Positions 24,151-37,750 of a stretch of DNA of 64,000 bases are shown one piece after another; the first letter of the stretch is position 1; each line of letters starts with the position of its first letter. This stretch comes from Basidiobolus meristosporus CBS 931.73. Taxonomy: Eukaryota > Fungi > Basidiobolomycota. The notes beneath the pieces were generated by a model that was not told the DNA's origin, ran no database searches, and worked only from the letters and a program-made list of their open reading frames with translations. Made by a program: the position numbers and the translations under genes. The stretch is from contig MCFE01000171.1 of assembly GCA_002104905.1 (NCBI GenBank), positions 62,001-126,000 on the forward strand, in the 5' to 3' direction.

Positions 24151-26579
24151 TTATTGTAGGTTTGGGTTGAGCTTGCAGCTACATTGGCTCATTTGGGCCT
24201 CAAGGGCGGCAAGTCGTGCGCGTAGTGCATCATTCTCGTCTTGCAACCGACAAACTTCTTGCTCCAGCTGTGAGTAACGTGGGTCGCTCTGTTGAGAGCA
24301 GGAGTAGGTAGGGGGGAGGAACATGTCGAACTCCAATATTTCGTGTGCAGTGGGCCTCTTGGTGGGGTCTTCCGCCATTAACCAGAGAATCAGTGCTGAT
24401 TCTTTGGGCCACTTGGCAAGAAAATCATCGGGGAGCACGCCAATTCGAAGATTTTGCAGCAGTTCAGCTCGTTCCATCAGGGTGGTGAATGGATGATATA
24501 GCTCAAACAAGATGATTCCCAAGCTGTAAATATCTGCCTTTTGATCATACATCTGCGGAGGATCGGCAAGTTGCTCAGGAGAGGCATAGGTGATGGTGCC
24601 AACCTTCGATGTGCGAGAGGAGCTGAAGTCACCATAGGAGCCAGGTTTGCGGAAGCTGGGTCGGGAGTCAAGGGCAACGAAGTCCTCCCTTCCCGTGACA
24701 AGTCCGAAATCCCCAATTCTTGGAATCAGCATGTCTACATTGTGGATTAGAAAATCTGGATCCTCCGATGCATTGCTACAATCCAAGAAGATATTCATTG
24801 GCTTGAGATCCCGATGAATCATATTCTGATCGTGGATATAGGCAACACCTTGGACGATTCCTCTGAACAGCTGTAGAATTGCCGCGGAGTCGATCACCAC
24901 TGGAGTCGCATTCTGTGGATTGCCCATGGCTCGGTTGCGCGCTTCAATGTAATCGTGGAGCGTGCAATGGCATAGCTGCATTTGAATAAATAGGGTCAAA
25001 TCGGAGCCTTGCAAGGACGGGGTGCTACCGGTGTTATGTTCCGTTACGATCTCGGGTTCACACACAGAATGCTCAACCGACGGAACAACTTGGGTTTCTT
25101 TGCCTAGCTGTGTGAGACTGTCGCTTGAGCTGTTTGACGTGGAGTTCTCGTCGTGGACAAACTCAACGTAGAGGCTCTGGCTTTCCTCGTCTGGAACCGT
25201 CTCCAGAGTGGAGTCAAACGTATCACTTTGATGGGACAGCGAGTCCGAATTTAGGGATGATCCGTCATCACATTCCTCCTCAAAATCCTCGTCACTTTCG
25301 ATATCGTATATGCCATTGCCGTTCTCGAGCCAAGATCCATAGTATCTAACTACATTTGGATGATCCAGTTTCGAGAGATATTTAATTTCTCGGAACGCTT
25401 TCTCGTGTCTTGTCTTGTCGGACTTGAGTCGGATCTTCTTGATGGCGTATACTGAACCATCCAACTTATTTTGGACCTGATTTTTGTCAGTATTAATGCA
25501 CTACTCTGTAGCCCGAAAAGCCTAGTTTTCTTACCTTGAAAACCGTTCCAAAACCTCCTTTGCCCAGTTTGCACACCTCAATGAAGTCAGTTTCATATCG
25601 AGAGTTGTACAACTCAAGGATATCGGTAAAGCTCATCTTTGCCAGTTTCGAGATCGTTCTTCTAACCGAAGGTGTGTGGTTGCTACTACGAAGAAAATGC
25701 CCCATTTAGCATGGCTGAATCAAGCATGTTCAGCTTATATCTGATACGTACTAGTTGCCAAGTTTCTCATGGAATCCACTGAAGTAGTCACCATTGTCGG
25801 TGTTTTTTTGATTGTTTAAATAGTCTATAGACATCACCCTCCGCAGCTGCTTGGGTTTCAACTCTTGCTGGAAATGCGAAAAAGCACCTTTAGTACTTAC
25901 TTCCCGATAACGCTTTGGGCATGCAAGGTTACCTTCATGGTGGCCATAGCCTGAACTACCAATTGCTTGAAAGTAGTCATGTAAGACGACCGTACGCCGG
26001 CCATTTTGTCAATATATTCTTCGTCGATAAGCTAAAGAAGACGACGATTAAACATTCGATACAATTTCTTGGATAAGATTCTATGGAATACATACGCCCA
26101 TGCTACTCAAAGTCTTACATATCATAAAGAAGAGTTTCTGGTTATGCTGAGGTGATTGATCGTAGAGGGTACAAAAGTTCTCCAACAGAGAGACCAGCAA
26201 GAGTCTTGCTTGGCGTCGCTTACTCTCCTCCAGGCGTTTGGAATCCAACACTGCCTCGGGAGAGTAGCTAAAGGCACGACGAACGCCGTTTGTTTTAAGT
26301 TTGGGCTCTAGTGGGGTTGTGGTTTTAGTAAAACGACTAGACAGAGGAGTAGTGACAAGAAATAGGAGAATAGAAGGCACCTGAGGAATTTAAGAGTCTG
26401 CTCAGTAGCTTGCTCTTTGTGTTGGGCTTTATGTGAGGTTTTGGGGGATTATGACAGTTATTTTCTACAAAGTCGGTAAGCATGCTGTCCGAGTCCCAAA
26501 CGGAATCTGACCAGTTCATGCTTGCTTCAAAACTGGCGGACTCAACAATGACTTCGGGATTGCTTGAAGACCAGTTCAT
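24151..26579 (-). CDS. hri: eIF2-alpha kinase, HRI (Hri1/Hri2)-like
   Basis: N-terminal LLVSLLENFC..LFFMICKTLSSMG block. Kinase motifs SRYETDF..LGKGGFG, YAIKKI, acidic insert, LFIQMQLC, HRDLKPMN, GDFGL, GTITYASPEQ. Start codon and exon limits approximate. Confidence 0.85.
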
Positions 26580-28424
26580 AGTTGTCGGTACTGCGGAATA
26601 GGTAAGGGGTGGAGGAAAGGAGAATTTACAAGAGTTGATTAACGAGCGGATGGTATTGAATAATTTACAGTTGGCTGAGATGGTATATTTGATATTTTTA
26701 CTACTTCAGTTCACCTAGCTAGACCAATGTTTTTTATACAAATATGGCTTGATCATTTGTGACAAGCAATAGTTGCATGGATAGATAATAGACTGGATTG
26801 GATATACATGAAGTAACACATGACTACCAGATCAATGCTGACTGCGGTCAGAGAATTTCGGTCCCTTCATCAGCAGACCAGATACTCCAACCCAGAACGC
26901 AAGATTGGTGAGAAACCTGCGAAACAATTATCCCAATTTCTCCAATTTCGAGAAAATCACTCAATCCAATTACCCTGAACTTTCAAATCTGGTTGCTCAG
27001 TGTGGACCAGAACAACCTGTGACTGAAATATGCTGAGACCTCCAATCAGCATCCTCATCACGCCTTCACTTGGCAAATCATTCGCCAGTAGGTTTAAGCA
27101 ATCGACTTCAGCATTTAGGCAATAATTTATATATATCCAGCGCATAAAAGGAATCCCATCTCGTCGAATCAGCATGTTGGAACTAAGCCTTCGCTAATGC
27201 CCACCTTCGATCTCTTTATTTAGTGAGGCTCCGACTCTGGATCTAATGTTTATGCCAGCAAACGCGAAAGCTCAACAATGCTCAGTTTCTACCTTCTGCT
27301 ACATACATTGTTTCCTTGTACATGGCCTATGTGCTGGTGCCGGTGCTGATGCTGGCCAAGGGCTGATCTAGCCTGGGTGCAATTTTAATTGGCTTCACCC
27401 ACGTGTAGATACAATATAGATATGCCACGACGTCGGTTGGCCAGCGAGAATGGCTATATTTGAGTACATCAGTTGTGTTCATCATTGATTCGTATATAAT
27501 CGTAAAATCCCATTACCTGTTATGTACAGTCCCAAAATACCTCGGTTATGCTGAGCTTGGTGATTGATGCTTTCATAAAACGCCATTTAATATAGGCAGC
27601 GAAGTTTACCAAACAATTGAATCCACGCGTGAGCCGGCCAGATGCATTCCAACAGTGGCTCACTGCATGTATCAATCCTCCTTGTTGAGGCCGAAATGAA
27701 GCGATGTGAGCATTGTTGCTAATTATAGAAGCATCAATCAGGGGCTTAGTCGCACGGTCCAACATTGGTGAATGCTAGTGTACAATACAGTGTCAGATGA
27801 GTGCATCAATGATGTGTCCACTAGGGTTAAGAACGAGTTGGTATCAAGCAGATGGGCAACCCAGCAAAGGCGATTCCCACCACCTTGCCAAACGAGTCCA
27901 TTTCAGAGTAGTGCTGGTGTGAGTATGCAAGCAATGAAAATCTAGGCTGGATTTGCCACCAGCCGAGTCCTGTACCATCTCTGCCCAATTAGCAAATTTG
28001 CCATAGATTAAATCCTCGGGTGGCCTTAGTCCATTGAGAGATTGATTTGACTGGGACCTCACTGTGCACTTGACCTCTACCACGTTGATAGCCTGAATAA
28101 TTCAAACGATGCAGTCCTTTCCTTTACGCGAGAAATGACCTTTCCCAAAATAATCTGAGCAGATTTGCCACTTTGTTATGTTTTGTATTTGACAAAGGCT
28201 GTGGGGGCTCTCAGATTTCACATTTGCATTTGAATAGTTGGGCCTCATGCTCAGTGTTGGAACAAATCGGTAACACTATGTCCCATATGATTGTGCACTC
28301 ACCAGCCTTTAAAATTCTCTTTGATCTATCACTTTTGCTATAAATGATTTTGCATGTATCAATACCATAAATCCCTGGACCTGGAGCAAGTTGACTACAG
28401 AGCCTGTAGGTACCATGAGAATAC

Positions 28425-29116
28425 TGTTGTAAGCGTTTTGGAGATATTGGAAGTGAATGGAAGAACGAGTAGATTATGTGGTTTTTACTAAATGATTTAT
28501 TGAATGTCAAAGTAGTATGTATAATTTTACATAGTCTTAGCAAAACAATCAGATAAAATAGGTTCAGGAGGGTCCCATGAGCCTGTGTGCAAAGTCCGGA
28601 GCTGTTTAGATAACTTTGAGAAATTTTGTGCTCTGAGTACTTGATACTTCAATGAAAATATTTTAAGTAAATCCCAGCAAGGAATTTGGCCAGAAATCTC
28701 TGAGATATGTAGACAAACATTCAAGTGACCAAGTTAGGTAGATAGTGAGGCATTATTACAAAACCTACAACACTCCCATTTAACTCAGTGCTCATATCAA
28801 CTATTCCTGATTGTAATCTAAAATAAACAAATCTGTCTCTGGCTAATGGTTTGTGAATATGCTGGCAATCATTTCATCTGTTGGACAGTACGTTAAGTTT
28901 ACTAGGCTATTCCCTAAAGCTTCCCAGATCAAATGATTTCCAATATTGATGTGCGTAGTTCTAGCATGAAAAGAAGGATTTCTACCTATTTGTTTGCATC
29001 CTTGATTGTCTTAAAATGATATGGTATTGGTTCTTTGACATAGGCATCAATCTTGAAAGAGCTTTCTTAGCCACACTAATTCTTTTGTAACCTCACAGGC
29101 TGCCATTTACTCTACC
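28425..29116 (-). mobile_element. Degenerate copia remnant: 3' LTR (28425-28772), PPT and RNase H fragment
   Basis: 348-bp TG..CA repeat similar to the copia LTR at 30907. Adjacent minus-strand PPT AATGGGAG. Decayed RNase H sequence (MAACEVTKE; HIDIG). Confidence 0.7.
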
Positions 29117-29637
29117 TATTGTGCATCTACATTTAAAACTTAGCCAATTTTACTCCATTAGAAAATCTGGTACCCTAACTGATTTTACCCAACCCAAACA
29201 TAACTAATCCCAGTTATGGTTTATTTTGTCACTTCTCAGAATCTATCATTAGCTGTTGCACCTGACCAATTCTTATGTGGTCATTATGTTATCAACTTAT
29301 TTGCCAAGCCTTCCCAGGTGATTAGTCATCTGAGATCTATCCAACAACTTAGCAGTTACCATGACATCAGCTGATTGATGATGCAATTTTCATTTATCTT
29401 ATGCACATATGATCACCCCAACAAATTTCAATTAGTCCAGTCTCTTGGCACTTACTAATTCAACTTGATCAGAAAAGTATAAATAAAATTTACTAAGCCT
29501 TTTGATTTAGTGTGTGTCTCAACAAAATCAGTATGGTGTCTCAGCAAAGATTAAGAATGCAACAATTCTGTTCTAGTTTCAACCCAAGCCTAGCATATCT
29601 AGCACTCTCAAGAACACCAAGCCTAGCCTGTATAGCA
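29117..29637. repeat. Dispersed LTR-like repeat, second copy at about 51976-52470
   Basis: About 520 bp collinear with 51976-52470; TATA-like AGTATAAATA. Truncated at 29637 by the next LTR. Confidence 0.7.
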
Positions 29638-30830
29638 TGTTGTGAGAGTCTTGGACATATTGCAAGTGATTAGGAGGACAAGTGGATTGTGTGGTTTTTA
29701 CTTAATGATTTATTGAATGTAAATGTAGTACTTATACTTTTACATGGTCATGAAATAGCAAGCACATACAATAGGCTTGAGAAGGTCCCAAGAACATGTG
29801 TGCAGTGTTTGGGGCTGTTTGGACAACTTTGAGAATTTTCATGTTCTGGGTACCTGGTATTTTGGTGAAGATATTCCAAGTAAATCCCAACAAGGAATTT
29901 GGTCAGCATTCTCTAGGATCTTAAGGTAATGATCTAAGTGACCAAGTTAGGTAAGTATTTAGGTGGAATTACAAATTTTTACAACACTCCTGCTCAGCTA
30001 AATGTTCATACTGACTAGTCCTAATTTTGACCTAAGATAATCAAGCTTGTCTCTAGCTAATGGTTTGGTAAATATGTCTGCAATCATTTCATCTGTAGGA
30101 CAGTAAACTAAGCTAACTAAGTTATTCTCTATAGCTTTGCATATGAAATGATGCCTAATATCTAAGTGCTTAGTTCTAGCATGAAAAGTTGGATTTCTAT
30201 CTAATTGTATACATCCTTAATTATCTTGAAATAATGTAATAGGCATATTTTGACATAAGCCTAAATCTTTAAAAAGCTTTCTTAGCCACATTGCTTCTTT
30301 TGTAGCTTCACCAGCTGACATATACTCTGCCTCTGTGGTGGAAAGTGCTATGGTTGGTTGCTTTCTTGAATTCCATGAAACTGCTTCATTGCAGTAAAGA
30401 AAGGTGTATCCTGTGGTGGATCTTGTGTCTTCCAAATTTTGTCCCCAGTCAGCATCAGAGTATCCCACAACATGCTGTTCTGGATCCTTATAAGTGTATC
30501 TCAAGCAGATATCAGCAGTTCCTTTCAGGTATCTAAAAACCTGCTCAACTGCTGCAATACAATCAGATCCATAGTTCTGATTATGCTGGCTGACAACTCC
30601 CACTGAGTATGAGATATCTGGATGTGTTCCAAGCATGATATACATCAGACTGCCAACCATAGATTGATTAGGAAAGTCAGGGCTTTGAGATGGCACTAAG
30701 CTCTCTTGACTTGGTTGAGTTTTGACAAAGTTAAAGCTTGTCTCCGTCAAGGTAGCTGCTGGTTTACAGTCTTCCATTTGATACTTCTTTAGTGTATCAA
30801 AAGCCAAATAAAGAAATGAGTGCAATATTG
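29638..30830 (-). mobile_element. Truncated copia (family A): 3' LTR plus RT/RNase H end
   Basis: LTR about 29638-29986. The ORF at 30217-30825 is nearly identical to the RT-RNase H of the full copies (YSDADWG, STTEAEY). Confidence 0.85.
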
Positions 30831-30906
30831 GTTCTGAGATATTGTAGTAATGGAATACTTTCCACTACCACACTTCTTTACAGCAAAGATACTACACCCT
30901 CTACCT

Positions 30907-33900
30907 TGTTGTAAAAATTTGTATTTCCACCTAAATATTTACCTAACTTAGTCACTTAGATCATTACCTTCAAATCCTAGAAAATACTGAACAAATTCCT
31001 TGTTGGGATTTACTTGGAATATTTTCACCAAAATACCAGGTACCCAGAACATGAAAATTCTCAAAGTTGTCCATACAGCCCCAAACTTTGCACACATGTT
31101 CTTGGGACCTTCCTTAACCTATTCTACATGTTTGTTATGCCAAGACCAGGTAAAAGTATAAATACTACTTTTACAACCAATAAATCATTAAGTGAAAACC
31201 ACATAATCTACTTGTTCTCCCAATCACTTCCAATATGTCCAAGACTCTTACAACAGGTTATGAGCCCCAAGCTGTCACTCTCTGCAATGTCTACTACTGC
31301 TATTACTGGAATTTTTCCCTCTGCTGAAAAGTTGGATGGCTCTAACTACCAAGTGTGGAAGGTGAAGATGAAGATGCTGCTACAAGAAAGAGGCCTTTGG
31401 GATATTGTCATGGGAGAAGAATCCCCTCCTAAAAACGTGGGAGAGGAAGCCTTAAAGTACCAGAAGAAAGAACAAAGTGCCTTTAACTGCATTTGCCTTA
31501 ATGTCAAGGACAAATTGCTAATTCAATGCTCAAGAGCAAAAACGGCAAAGAATGCCTGGAAGGCATTAGAAGACACATACCAGTCATGTTCAGCTGCCAA
31601 GAAAATGTATCTGAGAAGAAAATTCTTTACTACAAAGATGCTGCCAGGAGAAGAAATGAAAAATCTAATTAACAGAATTACCCTGCTGGTAGATGAGATG
31701 GAATCTGTGGGCGTACCAACTACTGATGAGGATGTGATAGTTACCATCCTGAATAGCCTGACAGACGGGTTTCAGGGCCCTGTATCAGCCCTAGAGTCCA
31801 GAACTGAAGATTTGACCTTAAATTACGTATATGGAAGGCTCCTGGATGAAGAATTAAGAAAATCAAGCACCAATAAGAAGGAAGAAGAAAATGCTTTAAT
31901 AAGCAATGATAACCAACAAAGGAGGTACCCAAGACCCTACAAAGACAACAGCAACCTATTTTGCAACTACTGCAAAAGGAAAGGACACACATCAGACTGC
32001 TGTCTCAAAAAGAGAGATTATCAGCAAAAGAAGCCTGAATATGGAAATGCTGCAACAACTGAGGATAGACTATTCATATCTGCACTAAATATGACCACAA
32101 ACAAGGATTCTCAGACGTGGTATATTGACTCTGGAGCTTCTCAACACTTTACACACCAAAAAGAAATTTTTACCCAATATCAAGAAATTCCAATTAAGAA
32201 GGTTTTCATGGGTGACAATAGAACACTTGATGCAGTGGGAGAAGGAACTATCCAAGTAAACCTTAGAAGCAGTGAAGGAAGCCATACACTGACCTTTAAA
32301 GAAGTACTCTATGTACCAGAAATAGCCAAGAACCTACTCTCTGTAAGCAAGGCCACAGCAGAAGGACTCAGTTTCAGTTTTGACAATTCTGGATGCAGGA
32401 TCACTGATCAAAATGGTGCTCATATTGCTTTGGGCATCAGAGATCAGAATCTATACAAGTTGACTTATATTCCATCATATCTGGAAGCCAATATAAGTAA
32501 CTTAAATGAAGAAACACCAATGCTTTGGCACAGGAGATTTGAACACATCAATTTTGATTATTTGCGTAAAATGATCAAAGATCAGCTAATTTCTGGAGTG
32601 AAAATTGATCTCCCAGCTAATTTGGAGCACTGTGAAGCCTGCATATATGGGAAACAAGCCAGACAACCGTTCAAGAGCTCTGGGTTAATCAAAACTAAGA
32701 AAAAATTAGATCTAATTCACTCAGATCTGTGTGGACCTATGCAAAATTTATCCTTAGGCAGGATGAAGCATTTAATCACTTTTATTGATGATTATACAAG
32801 ATACACATGGGTCTACTTCATGGAGAGAAAGGAAGAAGCTCTGTCTAAGCTCAGGGAGTTTAAAGCCATGGTGGAGAGAGAAACTGGTGAAAAAATCAAG
32901 AAAATATGCTCTGGCAATGGTGGAGAATATACCTCAAAACTCTTCATCCACTTCTGCAAAACTCATGGGATAAAGCAAGAGACTACTGTACCATACTCCC
33001 CACAGCAAAATGGAGTAGCAGAACAAGCTAACAGATCAATAATTGATATGGCAAGATCTATGATCCATGATCAAAAATTATCCTATGATTTTTGGGTGGA
33101 ATCAGTTGCCACTGCTGTATATCTTAAAAATAGGAGTTATAACAGAATACTTTGTGATTCTACTCCACTTGAAGCATGGTATGGGTACAGACCAAGTGCA
33201 GAACATCTAAGAATATTTGGGTGTACAGCATATGCCAAAAAACTGGCCAGAAATCAGTCAATATTTGAGCCAAAAAGTGTAAAATGCATATTTTTGGGCT
33301 ACTGCAATGAGAGTAAGGCATACAGACTCTACAATACCAAAGCAAAGAAGCTTATCAAGTCCAGGGATGTGTTGTTTGATGAAAATTCAAAATTTTCACA
33401 AAAAATGACATCAGATGATGACAAAAATTTGATCTCAAGTCCACCAATTGTCAGGATTGAATCAGAGCAAAACAATGAAAATTTTTTCACTCCAGAGGAC
33501 TCTACAACCGTGGTTCAGCCAGAATCAGTGCCCAGGAATATCCCAGAAGTGATCATTCCAGTATCAAATGCCCGGAGATCAAATGGGACAAGAAATAGCC
33601 CAAATTACTATATCAATGAGGGTACAAACTTAGCCTATGCCTACTCAGTCCATATTGATGAACCCCAGACTGTAAAAGAGGCCCTAAATAGCACTCAGAC
33701 AAAGTTTTGGAGATCTGCAATGACTGAGGAATATCAGGCCCTGATGGAAAATCAAACTTGGGACTCAGTCAAATTACCAATCAACCAAAAATCAATTGGA
33801 TGCAGATGGGTCTTCAAGACAAAATACAAGGCTGATGGTACAATTGAAAGATACAAAGCAAGACTTGTAGCCAATGGATACTCTCAAACAAAAGGACTTG

Positions 33901-35591
33901 ACTATACTGAGACCTTTGCACCAGTAGCCAAGTTTAATTCCATCAGATTAATATTGGCTATTGCAGCCAAATATAAGTTTTTTATTCATCAAATGGATGT
34001 AAAAACTGCATTTTTGAATGGAGAACTTGATGAGGATGTGTATATGGACCAGCCTGATGGGTTTGCTGACCAAGATAACCCCCATTTGGTCTGCAAGCTT
34101 AAAAAGTCACTATATGGTCTCAAACAATCACCAAGAGCCTGGAATTGCAAGATAGATTCATATTTGGAATCTTTGAGTTTCAAAAGGAGTAATGCTGACT
34201 ATAGTATATACTATAAGCCAGATAGAGCAAATCCAGTTCTATTAGCTCTATATGTGGATGATCTTATTATAGCCGCCAATAACCTAGAAACATTGGAAGA
34301 GACTAAATCCAGCCTTTCTAAGGAGTTCAAGATGTCTGATTTGGGAGAACTTAGTTACCACTTAGGGATTAAGTTCTCCATAGACAGAAGTACCCAGACT
34401 ATTACCCTAAGCCAATCCAAGTATATTCAAGATATACTAAAGAAGTACAAAATGGAAGACTGTAAACCGGCAGCTACCCCAATGGAGACAAACCTTAACT
34501 TGGTCAAAACTCAACCAAATCAAGAGAGCTTGGTGCCATCTGAAAGCCCTGACTTTCCTTATCAATCTATGGTCGGCAGTCTGATGTATATCATGCTTGG
34601 AACACGTCCAGATATCTCATATTCAGTGGGAGCTGTCAGCCAACATAATCAGAACTATGGATCTGATCATATTGCAGCAGTTAAGCGGATTTTTAAATAC
34701 CTAAAAGGAACTGCTGATATTTGCTTAAGATACACTTATAAGGACTCAGAATAAGATCTTGTGGGATACTCTGATGCAGATTGGGGACAAAATTTGGAAG
34801 ACAGAAGATCCACCACAGGATACACCTTTCTTTACTGTAAAGGAGCAATTTCATGGAATTCAAGAAAGCAACCAACTGTAGCACTTTCTACTACAGAGGC
34901 AGAGTATATGGCAGCCTGTGAAGCTACAAAAGAAGCAATGTGGTTAAGAAAGCTCTTTACAGATTTAGGCCTATGTCAAAAAATGCCTATTACTTTATTT
35001 CAAGATAATCAAGGATGTATACAATTAGGTAGAAATCCAACTTTTCATGCTAGAACCAAGCACATAGATATTAGACATCATTTCATACGTGAAGCTATAG
35101 AGAATAACTTAGTTAGCTTAGTTTACTGTCCTACAGATGAAATGATTGCAGACATATTTACCAAACCATTAGCTAGAGACAAGTTTGAATATCTTAGGTC
35201 AAAATTAGGACTAGTCAGTATGAACATTTAGCTGTGTGGGAGTGTTGTAAAAATTCGTATTTCCACCTAAATATTCACCTAACTTAGTCACTTATATCAT
35301 TACCTTCAAATCCTAGAAAATACTGACCAAATTCCTTGTCGGGATTTACTTGGAATATTTTCACCAAAATACCAGGTACCCAAAACATGAAAATTCTCAA
35401 AGTTGTCCAAACAGCCCCAAACTTTGCACTCATGTTCTTGGGACCTTCCTTAATCTATTCTATGTGTTTGTTATGCCAAGACCAGGTAAAAGTATAAATA
35501 CTACTTTTACAATCAATAAATCATTTAGTGAAAACCACATAATCTACTTGTTCTCCCAATCACTTCCAATATTGCCAAGACTCTTAAAACA
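30907..35591 (+). mobile_element. Full-length Ty1/copia retrotransposon, copy A1 (4685 bp)
   Basis: 349-bp LTRs 30907-31255 and 35243-35591. TSD TACCT at 30902-30906 and 35592-35596. PBS GGTTATGAGCCC at 31256. PPT GTGTGGGAG. Confidence 0.97.
31260..35231 (+). pseudogene. copia gag-PR-IN-RT-RNaseH with one premature stop and a mutated integrase catalytic Asp
   Basis: Zinc knuckle CNYCKRKGHTSDC, protease WYIDSGAS, integrase HSDLCGP..CSGNGGEY (D to G), RT LYVDDL. TAA at 34752-34754 precedes RNase H YSDADW. Confidence 0.92.
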
Positions 35592-36239
35592 TACCTGGGA
35601 TATTGATTGCTTTACATATATTATTGGCTCATCCTGTCTCATGACTAATTTGTGATATCTCTTGCCTATTGCATCTATCCTATCAGCCACTGAACCTAAC
35701 TGCTCATTAATGCTTTGGTATGAGCCTGAGGAGTCCACATTACTACCTTCAGTGGGCACACTGTCAACATGGCCTTTTTTGGATGTAGCCCTGCTTGGTG
35801 CACTGAATGTCAATGCAAGCTGTGGTCCAACCATTCTTCTACTGCTGTCAGCAGTGAGGCTTGATTGGGAGCCAGACAACTTTGCTGTATGTTTTGGCAG
35901 TATATATATTGAAGTGAGTCAAACCAAAGTGCAGATAGTGTTACATATATGTGGGTATGTGGTGTCACAAGTTTTTTTATAATGCTTACTACAGCAGGTC
36001 ATCATTGAATCTTACATTCATATAGGTGCAATGTCTGAGATACATGACTGTCTTAAAGTCACATGAGTATCAACAAAGAAGTGATATAATAATGTTACAT
36101 TCTTGAGTGTCAAGCTTTTTGCCCCATGGACAAGACTACCATGATTCAATGCTGTAAGAGAAGAGAAAAAAGACCATGTGGCTGTTGTAATAGGCCTCTC
36201 AGCCATGAAGCAGATAGACAGCATAGGCAGAATTACAAG

Positions 36240-37750
36240 GATCACAGCTAGTGTTTTCCCACACAAGTCATATTTGGCCATTCATCAGTCACCACTGTAG
36301 TAACTTTATCTTTCTGGCCACTTGATACTTCTAAAATGGCACCTAGTTACACTTGACACCTTGTAGCAACTAAGTCTGGTGAGTTTGTGATGCCTTTAAG
36401 CTCAGCTCAGCCATTTGGATATGGCACACAAAGTGATAGCTTGCAAGAAGTAGGCTTACTGATAGATTGTAAGCCTATATCCCCTAGCAATAGTACCCTC
36501 CATTAGCCTGGCAAAATCCCAATATGCAATGAGATAACACCCATGGAAAAAATGCTGTCATGCAGCAGGCAACATATGACCAAGAGACTGTCCTGATAGC
36601 AGCATGTGTTAACAGTTGGCTTTCACATCAGAAAATGCCACCATTGCAAGGTGGCCAACCTGTGAGGAATCCACCACCATGGGAGAAAAACATTGGTAAC
36701 ACTCAGGATAAATTCCAGTAATACTCCATCTAAAGAATCTCATGCAGTTCAACAAATATTGTAAAGCTATAAAGTACTGCACTCAGTATCAATCAAGTGC
36801 AAGAATTTCCCATATATTTGATGGCAAACACTACAAACAGCTTAGAAGCAATGGTGTCTTTGAAGGTATGAATGAACATGCCTTTGCCATTGCACTTGAA
36901 AGATTTTGATTGTACAAGTGCTCTACCAACATGCAGCAATATAAATGCAAGGACTGGATGAACTGGACTTGTCTCTATTCATGTGGCTTTCTGAAGCCAC
37001 TCCTACCAAGAGTACATTGGAAGCATTGGGAGTTATATGTGGACATTGTAGGCATATTGATCCAGTAGCAGATCACCAATCACAATTTGGCACATCTACA
37101 GCTTTTATGCAAGGAGTTTGTGACAAGATTTGAGTGGCTATATTACAAGAATAAAGGTGAATGCGTAGATCTCTGCTGTTACTGTATCCATTCTCTACTT
37201 GATCTTGCTTGGTGTGTGGAGAATATTGAGTCTTGCTTCACCTTTTGGGAGTTTCCTCTAGAGCAGATGTGTGGGGACATAGGAAGACAAGTCAAGTTGC
37301 AAGAACTACAAAATGCCAATCTCATCAAGAATTTGACCTTCAAGGCTGTCATGGATGTGATGAGTTGGTACACAGAGGACAGCCAGGAAGAGTTGGAAAA
37401 TACTGAGGACAGATGTGCACATGGAGACACCTTTACCTTTGGCATTAAGAAGTTAAGCAGCCCTAATGTGTAGGTAATCAGTTAAGTCATGTATGGTTGG
37501 GTTGGACACAACAAGCAACTAACTTCTATTAAGACAACTTTACCAAAGTATGATGGGTTTCTCTTGGTCACAAGGCAATTTCTACACCATTCAATGAGTG
37601 AAATCACAAAATCTACTACAAGGCTCAGAAGTATGAGTTCATTTGGACATCTCTGCATATTTGCTCACTTCCAGGACTTCAAACAGATACACTACAAGAT
37701 GATTCATTATCAAGCAATAAACAAATTTGATAAGCATATATACTGGGAGT
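36240..37750 (+). mobile_element. Degenerate CACTA / En-Spm (Tnp2-type) transposase remnant
   Basis: Decayed motifs YDQETVLIAACVN, IFDGKHYKQL..FAIALEDF, FEWLYY..CIHSLL..WEFPLEQMCG. Collinear with 56040-57280 on the minus strand. Limits approximate. Confidence 0.65.

Noticed and set aside
7975-26579. A functional cluster of signalling and morphogenesis regulators (PacC, PKA-R, Pac2, PAS, HRI)
   Set aside because: They are interspersed with unrelated housekeeping genes (AFG3, COX12, GST), and sequence alone gives no evidence of co-regulation or conserved linkage.
429-26579. Numerous antisense or alternate-frame ORFs of 60-160 aa overlapping host genes
   Set aside because: Expected shadows of GC-rich coding sequence, with no independent motifs.
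26900-28424. Short minus-strand ORFs as a pseudogene (e.g. DSFGKVVGIAFAG resembling a trypsin-like protease)
   Set aside because: No catalytic motif or consistent frame could be assembled by eye.
31014-31259. N-terminal extension of gag-pol in the ORF track
   Set aside because: It is 5' LTR sequence that happens to be open in frame, and it starts at a non-ATG codon.
34752-34754. Programmed readthrough between RT and RNase H in copia A1
   Set aside because: Copy A2 has CAG (Gln) at this codon and there is no readthrough-type context, so it is best read as a nonsense mutation.
35544-35982. ORFs just right of copia A1
   Set aside because: Overlapping, non-ATG or partly LTR-derived, in CpG-depleted TE debris, with no motif.
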